Source: Syncephalis fuscata S228
Taxonomy: Eukaryota; Fungi; Zoopagomycota
Direction of reading: 5' to 3'
Length of the DNA: 33,670 bases
Assembly: GCA_025786725.1 (NCBI GenBank)
Contig: JAHLTZ010000078.1
Location: forward strand, 1-33,670
The position numbers and the translations under genes were made by a program. Positions 23,669 to 33,670 of this stretch are shown piece after piece. The notes beneath the pieces were generated by a model. That model was not told where the DNA came from, ran no database searches, and saw only the letters and a list, made by a program, of their open reading frames with translations. Each line of letters starts with the position of its first letter. Position 1 is the first letter of the stretch.

Positions 23669-25004
23669 GCTGAATAGATTGAGTGGTGCGTGTTGGATAC
23701 AATTTGATTAAGATAGTGAGTCAGACTAGATACTTGTGTGTGTGATGAGTTAATCGACATACATATCAGACTGGATATTTATACTGTAGTCCGTCAATAA
23801 ATTTAGCTGTAGCTATGCAGCTATCGGCCAATACAACAATGTCCATGCTAATACTGATGATTACTTAATTTAGAAAGCAACCTTGATTTGATGAGAAAAT
23901 ACCACTTGGGTATCGATTAGTCAAGCCAGATATTGGACGATAAAATCTATGCTACCGAATTTGTGTAAAACATGGGAACCAGTATACTACGATTAAATAT
24001 GTAAAATCAGTAATAATATACATTTACTACTAGTACTAATTGCTGCGACATCAGATTGCTGTATACGAATACAGTATTAGATGCAGCTGGTTTGATGATG
24101 AAATCAAATGGTGCCATTCGAATGCAGACTAAGCACTGTATGTTTGTACAAGGTTCCCATGAAAAATCTGGGTACACATGTCGGTGTGTGAGTTTGTAAT
24201 AGTTACTTTGCTAAACAGGAGCACTACATAATCGTTTAAATTTGGTTCAAATTCCGATGTTTTAGCAAATTCACAGGTCAAATAGCATATGCCAAATACA
24301 GAATAATGGCGGTTTTATTGGTCTAATTGGCTCTATGTAGGAGCATTGCTATCAGCTGACTTAATATGGCACACTATGACATCAAATACAAAACTATCCA
24401 AGGATTAGCTAAAAGTAATCACGGGCATATACAGTATCAGTGGTAAATTCACGAATGCCAAGAATTCATGTACAAATCTATGTCATTCCATTTTTGAATT
24501 CTATATTAGAAGCTAATACAAAGCAATAGTAAAATTGACAATTAAAGCAAATTCAATAGTGTGCTTGCATAAACAGTAGCACGGTATACAGCTAATAGTA
24601 GCACAAGTTGCTAATACTTAACTATTGCATTTATTACCTTTACATAACAATAATTTAGTAAACTGAATTTAAATTTATCTTAGACAACAATAATGTATAT
24701 TTGCTTAAATTTAACAAAAGCCAAATCGATTAAAAAGCGTTTAATTACCAAATCATCAAAAATGTAATCGAAACTGAACAAGTGCCATACAACTGTACAT
24801 TATAACCAGAAGATCGGCGTCGTTAATAATAGTAAATAAAAAGTTAAAAATAAGTAGAGAAGGTCACGCAGCAAATAGCAATTTTGTGCGATAAAAAACA
24901 TAAGTATGAAATGGAAGCTTATTGAATTTTCGTAAGTAGAATAATATACTGATGCCCACCTACGTGCCGTAGTAACACAGATCAATGATATTGTAAAAAT
25001 AGCA

Positions 25005-26241
25005 TTAAGAAGAACTGAACTGTTGTCTTAATATCAACAAATCGTCGCCTACTTTACGCACTACCACCGTGTTAACCCAGTCAGCATTGCGTTTAAGCGC
25101 CGTGACTACTGCAGCCACAAATGCCGCTACAATAGCAATAGACTATCATGTACACGATCATACACGGGACGGAAAATGGCTCCTTCGCGCAGTAAAATTG
25201 CTTGCAGCATACGGTCGAACTCACGTGGAATAACCTCATGTACATATCGGGTCAATGCCTCTGTGATAAGATTGACTTTTTCAGTGACCAGCGCTTCAAC
25301 ACGAGTTTGTACTGCATCTAAATGAGCGCAATAACATGTACATCGTCGCGTAGCAAATCGGTACGCTCCAGCACGTCCCGTACATCACGATCTACCGTAG
25401 AAACGACCAGATAGCGTGCGTGAGTATATTTTTCTTGCACATGACGTACAAGTCGTCCATGAATAATAGCATCAACACGAGAGCGAAGGGCTCTAGCAAT
25501 CATAGAGTCAGATGCCACCGCCGGAAGTCGAACAAGCTGCATAGCCGCACCGCCAATTCGCGACTCTTCAAACATCTGTGGCAAATCAAGGGTAATCGAG
25601 TCGAGTGCTCGATGAACTGCACATGTAACCTGCCAAAAGACATGGTCAGCAATTGGCGCATCTTCAGCTGGTTTGGGCGGCATAGACCGTGGAATAACAC
25701 CATAATCATCCTCATCTTCGTCGTATTCATCATCTTCCTCGCCTAATGCATATACGCTACTATTAGCCTTGTTTGTTCGTTCGTTATTTCTTTTACTATT
25801 CAACTTACTGCCTGAAAAGCCGGCTGCTTCCGCATCCAATGCATCGCCATACTCGTCTACCGTAGTTACCAGTGCCTGTGTTGCTTCCTCGGTCAAGGCG
25901 GCCAATGCACCACCGATAGGATCAACGTTCAATAGCATACGGTCATCTTCATCGCAGCTCATTGCATAAGGATCGAGACAAGCCAGACTCTCGCAGTCAC
26001 TCATGCACGAGCTGGCCGTATCGGTACATATAGTATTACCGAGAGCGGCCCTAGCCAATTCGTCGCTAAGACTTTGAGCAGAGCGCCGTTCATCGTTTTT
26101 TGGCAATATACTTTTAGCTGTATTTTGGCGCGATAGCCGTTCGCGTTCAACTTTAAGCTCAGCCAGCTTTTGAAAAAGGAGCGAAGGAGTTAACGGCTCA
26201 TTTTGTTCGGTGCTAATAGGTATAGGTGCGTAAGGGTCCAT
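25005..26241 (-). CDS. Uncharacterised protein with an acidic N-half and a helical C-half; probably about 410 aa with two apparent single-base frameshifts (~25325 and ~25140)
   Basis: Long GC-richer ORF 25318-26241 (first ATG at 26241). Protein-like open frames continue as AHLDAVQTRVEALVTEKV...VHD and then IAIVAAFVAAVVTALKRNADW...FSSS* ending at 25005. Confidence 0.6.
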
Positions 26242-27066
26242 TATACTTGATATGATGGGATTAAGTTGAATAATAGGTGCAACAGCGGTCGCCAATAAGT
26301 ACTCGAGTTCGAGATGACGCTGTGTACTGAAAGATCGTACAAGTGCACGATCCAGTGGGCAGTGGCCTACTCGCTAGCTGGTCAAAAAGGACACTAATGC
26401 AATAGAGAGGGTAAATAAAGAAGTTTAAATGTCGGCCTTGCTATAAATTGTAAAATAATTAAAAGAAAGCGTTAGCAACAACCAGTTATAGAAGTGCCGC
26501 CCCAATAGAATAGTATAATAAATGTTATTGGCGGTAAAAGCGGCCGAAAAGGAGGTGTGGAACAGGATTGCGCGCTACAATAAGAAAAACAGGCCGATAA
26601 GAAAAGCGAGGGAGATGATTATGAGCGAGTGAGCGTTTGTATAAAATGACGTTTGTAATAAAAAGTGTGGTTTTTTCTTTCTTGACGCACGTTCACTCAC
26701 AACTGTATGGCTGGGCAGTAGCAGTAGCAGCAATAAAAGCAACAATAACAATGGCAATAATAGGTCGTACTAGCAACAAGTCACGTCGTTCAACTACCTG
26801 CAGTAATAAGCAGCTATACAGCTAACAACTACTATACATACAAATAGTCCAATAGAGATTATTTAATCGGTGTGTGACCATTGAAAGAGCAATTAGAAGA
26901 AAAGAATAATAGCAATAAAAATGACCCCACATTTATACTTTATAATAATAATAACACAACCAGAATACACTAGAATACATACCGTTTAGTTGTAGTAAAT
27001 AAACCAAATGAATGATATGAATCACTATTTATCAACGCTTAATCGTTTCTATGTGGATGTTTAAAC

Positions 27067-27360
27067 AACACACATACAAACACATACACACACACACACA
27101 CTATAGAAAGCAAAAAATAAAAACAAATCAAAATCACAACAAAAATAAAAGAGTGAGTGGGAGAGTGGAAGAGAGAGAGAGAACTAAAGTAAGAAATGAG
27201 GCTGCCTTAGTAGTTGTAATAGCTGTCTCTATCTCTAATGTCCTCGTGCTTATGAAGATAGTCATCATGTATAGCGTGATCATAATAGTAGCACCCTTTA
27301 ATAGACAACTACCTTGTCTCCTTATTTTCTGTCTCTCTCTCTCCCACTCTCTCTATTTTA
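27067..27360. repeat. Simple repeats: (CA)n, (GA)n and (CT)n tracts in a long intergenic/UTR region
   Basis: CACACACACACA at ~27087-27101, GAGAGAGAGAGA at ~27171-27182 and TCTCTCTCTCTC at ~27332-27343. Confidence 0.8.
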
Positions 27361-27772
27361 CTTCTTTCTATTGAATGAAGGTGCAGCAACATGTGATTGC
27401 CATCATGGAATGATGATAGGCAAAGGACCTGTCTCAATAATAATAATAATAACAACTCTAATAATAACAGTAAAGCCATGTAATAATATTCACGTGAAGA
27501 CATGGTTAATCAAAAGTGTCACTGTGAGTACAATGATCTATCTTAGTAATTACTGATATGTAATAATAGATTTGATCAGTAGTTGGCTGTGTACAAAGAT
27601 AGAGCAGTCTATTTCTGTACCACGTCAATTAGGATAGAATCACAATTGACCGAATCACACCATACTTACCATTACCGCTGGTAGGACGTGTTCTATGGAT
27701 GGTAGAACTAAATCAACCTGGTGTTGGACAAAGCCACACTACTATTTCCTTAATTCTACATTACTTGTAAAC

Positions 27773-29991
27773 ATGTTCTCACTACGTAGTCAGCGTCATC
27801 TGCACCGGTCTTTGTCATATCTACCAGCTATCTATTCTAACCGTTGTAATACTATTGCTAGACGGGCACTATCAAGTGTATCACCTGACTCTGTCGACGA
27901 GCCAGTGGTAATAGCGCCACCTATTTCACTACCACCGTCGAATATAACACCGGATGACGTGTAATAGCTACAAACATATATTATCTATATAGAACTAATA
28001 GAATGATAGGTTTGCCAATAATGAACTTGACCTGAATAAGCTACGGGTGTATGGTTTTGATTATGACGTAAGTATTAATGTATCGATCTACAGTATGAAT
28101 TAAGTGGATCATTCAATTGTTTTAGTATACATTGGCCCGCTATACATCGGAGCTGCCTAAAACAATCTATACGCTACTACGCGATGCCTTGATTGATCAT
28201 TTGCGCTACCCGTCGGTTTTACGAGGACTTGAATATGATCCGTCGTTTGCTATTCGTGGTCTACACTACGGTAAGTTGATTTGATTACAAACTATTGATT
28301 ATAGACCAATTGAAGAATAGATGGCGAGACGGGCTATTTAATGAAACTCGACTCTTATGGTAATCTACAAAGGAATGCTGTCTACTATGGACGACGTGCT
28401 GTTGATGATCCATTAGCGACTCTAAAGGTTGAATTTGGTGCGCATATTCCCCGTCAGCTAGTAAAAGGGCGGATGCGTCAGTTAGTAGATCTATTTAGTA
28501 TGCCCAATACGTGTTTACTGGCCGATATTATTGAGTATTTTAACAAGCATGGTATTAGGTAATCGCAAACAATAACAATAGTAGCCATTTATATATTAAT
28601 AAGATAATAGTTTTCATCCTCAGCATTTGGCAGATGATGTGCAGCTTGTTAGTGAAATGCTACACAGTGGTACGGGTATTGGTATGGGGCCATTACATCG
28701 GACCATTTTAAATGATATTGAAAAGTATTTGGAGCCTAGTCGATCACTAACAACTATTTGGAGAAATTACATCGATATAATCGACGACTATTTCTACTTA
28801 CCAATAGTGGATTTGAATTTGTGTAAGCAATCTATGGATATATATATATATATTATGTAATTATTTAAATAGATGTGCTAAGTAATGCTGTTTAGAGATC
28901 GTGGATTGGCCTATATAACAGGTCGTCATGATTGGCGTGATCTCTTTGATGTTTGTATTGTTAATGCGGCCAAACCAGTATTTTATCGTGGTAGACGGCC
29001 TTTTAGACGTGTCAATGTTGATGATAACACAGCCAGTACACGGAATGATCAATTAGATCAAGTCAACGGTATTGATCCAAATTTCTATGGTACTAGTTGG
29101 TCGGTTGTCAATGAATTCAAACGAGGCGAGGTTTATAGTGGCGGTAATATCATCGATTTTTGTTTATGGACAGGCTGGTAAATTTTTACTATTAATATAA
29201 TACAATTAATACAATTATCTTTTATATTTTATTTAATAGGAAAGGGTAAAGTATAATTTAAATAGTAATATATAATCTATTCATCATAGTTATATTACAA
29301 TTGTTGTTAGAGGAAATACTATTTATATTGGGGATTCCATCTACAATGACCTTGTGGATCCAGCACTGCAACAAGGCTGGCGCACTGTAAGTTTATAACT
29401 AATGCGCGTCATTCTATGTCTATAACCGATTGATAGGGCATTATCATTAATGAACTTGAGAATGAAATTGAAATACAAAGATCGGCATCCTATCGACAGT
29501 GTATTGCTCGATTCACTCAATTAGAGGGATTACTTAAATCAACACAACGCTCTATTCTAAGTGAATTAGGCGAGGCTGTTGATCAATACGACGCAGAAGG
29601 AAAAGACCATAGCAGTAATGATATATTACATCCTAGTAGAGGCAATACTATTACAAGCCATCAAAGACTACATCATCATCGTGAACAATTACGTCTATGG
29701 CGTAATGAACGTCGAGATATTTCTCGTCAACTTAAAGGACTGTTTAATCCACAATTTGGCAGTGTATTCCGTACGATGATCAATCCATCCATGTTTGCCG
29801 ATAAAATACGCGCTTATAGTGACTTGTAAGTAAAAGTACCCTCTATTGACATCAGTTAATGATATATATACTATAGATATACATCGTCATTGGAGAATCT
29901 AAATAACTATCCACTTAATCATGTATTCTATCCAGAACGTGTACAAATGCCTCATGAACAACGACTGGGTAGTGTATTTCCTATTGATTAG
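27773..29991 (+). CDS. HAD-superfamily 5'-nucleotidase (NT5DC/cN-II type) with a probable mitochondrial presequence; multi-exon, one apparent frameshift at ~28753
   Basis: Motif I 'VYGFDYDYTLARY', 'FAIRGLHYD', 'LFLLTNSGF', 'DWRDLFDV.IV.A.KP.F', 'YIGDSIYNDL....GWRT' and 'FNPQFGSVFRT'. The N-terminus MFSLRSQRHLHRSLS is Arg/Ser-rich. Confidence 0.92.
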
Positions 29992-30064
29992 TGTCAAGTA
30001 ATTGTTAAATAAATATACTTTTTAACACTTTCTTTATTTTATACCTTGCTATTACTAACTACTA

Positions 30065-31049
30065 ATGACAAACATAAACGACCATTCAACTCGTTCCTAC
30101 CAAGTAGACCGAGTATTTAGTGAATATGCTTGTCAGTCATTAACTACCGCCATAGCGACACGTAATGTATTCCACTCTATAATCTATGCTGAATCTACTT
30201 GTTAATTAAGTAAATATAGAACAGAAGCAGTTAATGAAACGGCAATCAGCCTATTCGGTCAAGCTATTGCTAAACTATCCTTATGGCCATATTGGAAATC
30301 GGTATTCTAGTAGAAGAAACAGTGTCATCTTGAACGGTATTACTACAACTACGTCTAAAGCGTCTAAACGATCAATTTATATTATTATAAAACATTGGCA
30401 AGTATTTACGAGGATGTACAAGTATCTGGTCACTTGTCGATACGATACAAGTAATTTATCTATTGCGCTACTAGCGTGGTCTACGCTATCTACACCTATA
30501 CAATGGATTACCAATTCACATTCTACTTGTTTGTTAACCAGCAACACTGCTAATATTAATATTAATATTAGCCTAGTTGGCCATGTTAATAATGACGCAT
30601 TTTGGCTATCCCCCTTGGATCTAGCATGGTAATGATTTAATAAAGTGTATGCATTTATTGACAGCATATCTATTAGGAGTCGTAGAATGGCCACACTTTA
30701 TGGCGAACAGTCAGCGTTGACATTCACAGGCATTTATTATGCCGTATTAGGAGGTGCCCATTCAACACTGGGTAGAACGGATAGAGAACATGCACAACAA
30801 GCAGGACAATTGGCACGACGTCAAATTGAATTGGCCCGTCGACTTGGCTATCCTAGTCTAGAGTGTAGATGTCTGGCTTATTATGCCGAGTATCATATTC
30901 AAACAAAACAGTATCAACGGGCCATACAACTGTTACGACAAGCATGGTCACTGTATCACTGCACACCCGGCATGGAAGCCACAGTAAGTAATCATTTATT
31001 AGCGATGCGTAACTCTTTCTTATAGTTCATCAGATTCCAGAAACCTTAA
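30065..31049 (+). CDS. DUF4807-like (F58A4.6-type) helical-repeat protein; 3' end uncertain
   Basis: 'LGGAHSTLG....HAQQAG.LA.RQ..LA.RLG.P.LECRC..YYA...IQ' resembles the DUF4807 pattern as recalled. Introns at ~30162-30219 and ~30629-30676 join the frames. Confidence 0.55.
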
Positions 31050-31405
31050 ATTCTATTGAGGCAAAGCTACCACACAAACAGATCCCTGTAAATATGCAGA
31101 AGTCGAACCAATAAATTGCGTTACTATGTTTACCACTCAATGATTGGCTTTTAATTCATCGCACATTCAATGGCCTACGGGAATTCTATTTCTACACCCA
31201 CACACGGATGAATAGAGAGGAGAAAGAACACACCGCACACACCTATAACACTTAGTACACTCTTCGCTACTTACTTATACTACTACTACTACTACTACTT
31301 ATTCTTGCTTTTGTTTACTGATTGTTTATTGGTACGCCATTTGTTTAATAATCTCTTTGTTTAACGTATTTATTTGTCGACTAGTGCAATTATTATTTTA
31401 TTGAT

Positions 31406-31868
31406 ATGCCCAGTAAACAATCCAGCGATGGCATTGAGCAGCCGTTACTCAGTGCAAGTGATACATCAGCCATAACGAGATCGTTCACTACGACCACAAC
31501 CACAACCACAACAACGGCGACGACGGCAGTAGCGTTAGAACGTTCGTCAATGCTGTCTGATGCAACCTTGGCCGAGTCTACCGATGTAATCGCGACGAGT
31601 AGTAATATTGGTACGAGCGACGAGAATATTTCTTGGCATATTGCCACCAAAGAGGTACAACTAATAGGCAGAGATAAACAGCAAGCAGCAGTAATCGAGA
31701 TTGAGAATGCCAACGACGACGACAATGAAGCGATTGGAGAATCAGTTCGATTATTAAACGAGAAAACAGTCAATGCTAATGATAGTAGTTTTAATAAAAC
31801 AGTGGATGAGACGATAGCCGAATCGACAACTACTACAGCAACAACAGCAACAACAGCTGTAGCTGTGG

Positions 31869-31919
<51 letters not shown>

Positions 31920-33670
31920 GTAAACGGCATACACGCAAAGTGAGCAAGCATATACCGATTGCTATTGCTACCAAAGCTGCACCAACCCTTGGATTACCTG
32001 AGCAAACAGAAGAATCGCAATATAGTATGTCGATGCATCATGCTGCACAACAAGGTGATCTTTCCGCCATTCGTCAACTCATTGAAAGTGGCGATAATAA
32101 AGTAAATGATCGCGACTTTCAAAATGTTACGGCACTGCATTGGGCATCGATTAATAGTCGACTGGAGATTGTACGCTATTTACTTGATCAAGGCGCTGAA
32201 GTGGATGCTGTAGGTGGTGATTTACTTGCTACACCATTACACTGGGCGTGTCGCAAAGGCCATTTACCTATTTCCGCTCTACTGTTGGAACGCGGTGCCA
32301 ATCCTGGCTTAAAGGATGCACAAGGCTTCAACGCGTTGCATTTAGCAGTTCATTCATCAAATGCCTTCCTTGTATTGTATATGCTATATGCACCGGGTGA
32401 TTTACCCGTTGATTCACCGGACACACTTGATCATACAGCATTAATGTGGGCCGCCTATCAAGGTGATGGTGTATCCGTGGATATTCTATTGAGACAGGGT
32501 GCCTCGTTAAGAACGGTGGATAAATCGGGTTTTACACCGCTGCATTGGTCGGTGTCAAAGGGACACGGCGAAGTGACGACCCGTCTATTAAAAGCTGGTG
32601 CTGATGTGATGGCCCGTGAGGAAAAGGGGCGAACACCGGCAGAAATGGCTCGAGAATTAAAAGTAGAAGCAACATGGCTTAAAGCACTTAAACAAAGTGG
32701 CGTGTCCAAAGATGGTAGAGAGCCATTGATATCAGAGGTGAGTGTTATTAATATTTTACTAATTTATTTATTAATTAGTTAATAATATATTTGTTAGTCG
32801 GTGGCTATGAAATTATCCTATTTTTTACCATTTCCTATGCTATTCATTATAATGAATACAATTGCCATTTTCCCTTGGTATATTGGCATTGCTTTAGCAT
32901 TGGCCGAGTTTCTAGTCTTTCATTTGTCGGTGATGCGTTGGTTATTGCCACATCGACAAGCATCAAGTAAGCATGATGCAATGATGAAAGCACCGTATTT
33001 CTCGGCTATATTCCAATCAACGGCATTCTGGGTCGGTGTTACCTGGTTAAGTCGCACTCTATGGTGTATCCTTTTTACAACATCTATGTTGTATATATTA
33101 ACTACAAGTAGTGGTAATAGCCTTAATAGATGACGGACTGATTATAGATACACTTGATCATGTTATGGCCAATGTTTTTTTTGCATGCATGTATACTGCT
33201 GCTCTATGGTGTTTCTTCCAAGCTGTGTTACGGGATCCAGGTTTTGTGCCTAAACCATATAGTCGAGATGACAAGCGACGGGTAAGTATTGGATTCGTAT
33301 TTATTTTTATTTATAATTAACGTCTGTATTTAGTTGGTACAATCATTGGCCAAGGAACGGCTATTGGATACAAGACATTTCTGTATCTCCTGTATTGTAC
33401 GCAAGCCGCCGCGTTCCAAGCATTGTCGTCTATGTGATCGTTGTGTTGCTCGATTTGATCAGTACGTCATATGATAGTAGACTGTATGTATGTATGTATA
33501 CATTACTAATAATATGTTTTAGTCATTGTCCATGGATCTATACTGTATTGGTGTACACAATCATCGACCATTTTTTGCTATTTCTTCTTACAATGATTTC
33601 TGGTATTTGTGTATTTATCCATTTGAGCTATCAATGTAAGTCGATTGATTGATACATAAATCATTTATTT
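31406..33670 (+). CDS. AKR1: Ankyrin-repeat DHHC palmitoyltransferase; continues past the window end
   Basis: Six ankyrin repeats (TALHWA, TPLHWA, NALHLA, TALMWA, TPLHWS), then TM segments, 'DPGFVP' and '[32 protein letters not shown]'. Confidence 0.95.
31871..31918 (+). repeat. (AAT)16 microsatellite encoding poly-Asn in the AKR1 N-terminus
   Basis: Perfect trinucleotide run seen directly. Confidence 0.97.
33066..33147 (+). other. Probable U12-type (minor spliceosome) GT-AG intron in AKR1
   Basis: The 5' end is GTATCCTTT, and a CCTTAAT branch-like site lies at 33121-33127. Removing this phase-1 intron joins ...SRTLW-Y-TLDHVMAN in frame. Confidence 0.75.

Larger units (their letters stand above)
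21786..24544. repeat. Tandem segmental duplication with ~1.2 kb units (about 21786-23020 and 23381-24544), each carrying one peptide gene and its upstream region
   Basis: Shared blocks include ACTAGATACTTGTGTGTGTG, TGGATATTTATACT, TGGGAACCAGT, GACTTAATATGGCAC and GGATTAGCTAAAA. Confidence 0.85.

Noticed and set aside
26575-27556. Several short ORFs with poly-Leu/Ile tracts
   Set aside because: By-products of simple repeats in AT-rich intergenic/UTR DNA.
31393-31974. 193-aa hydrophobic minus-strand ORF
   Set aside because: Antisense shadow of the AKR1 poly-Asn/Thr low-complexity region.
1-33670. CRISPR arrays, rRNA, tRNA, selenoprotein TGA readthrough
   Set aside because: No repeat-spacer array, no recognisable structural RNA and no in-frame TGA at a conserved Cys position was seen by eye.

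Overview
AT-rich, gene-dense eukaryotic DNA with many short (mostly 45-65 nt) spliceosomal introns. The gene set and style suggest an early-diverging fungus, possibly Zoopagomycota (inference only). Conserved housekeeping genes, many only partly captured or missed by the ORF track, are the 3' end of a DBP6-like DEAD-box helicase, eIF2A, an Arl5-type GTPase, eIF2B-delta, mitochondrial bS6m/MRP17, PRP45/SNW1, an NT5DC-type HAD nucleotidase, a DUF4807-like gene and the 5' part of AKR1. Accessory content lies between them: an intact stand-alone Ty1/copia gag ORF without pol or LTRs, an intronless F-box gene, a gene-poor 6.6-13.6 kb island (281-bp near-perfect inverted repeat, secreted bacterial-type CAP gene, two diverged direct repeats), an intron-rich bacterial-type phosphoribosyltransferase, and a tandem pair of 62-aa secreted two-cysteine peptides with conserved signal and highly diverged mature regions. 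Splicing oddities include a 3-nt micro-exon that completes the PRPP-binding motif, a 6-nt micro-exon, a GC-AG intron and a likely U12-type (minor spliceosome) intron in AKR1. Several single-base frameshifts after about 25 kb are probably assembly errors. All gene models and family calls were made by eye, with no database search.
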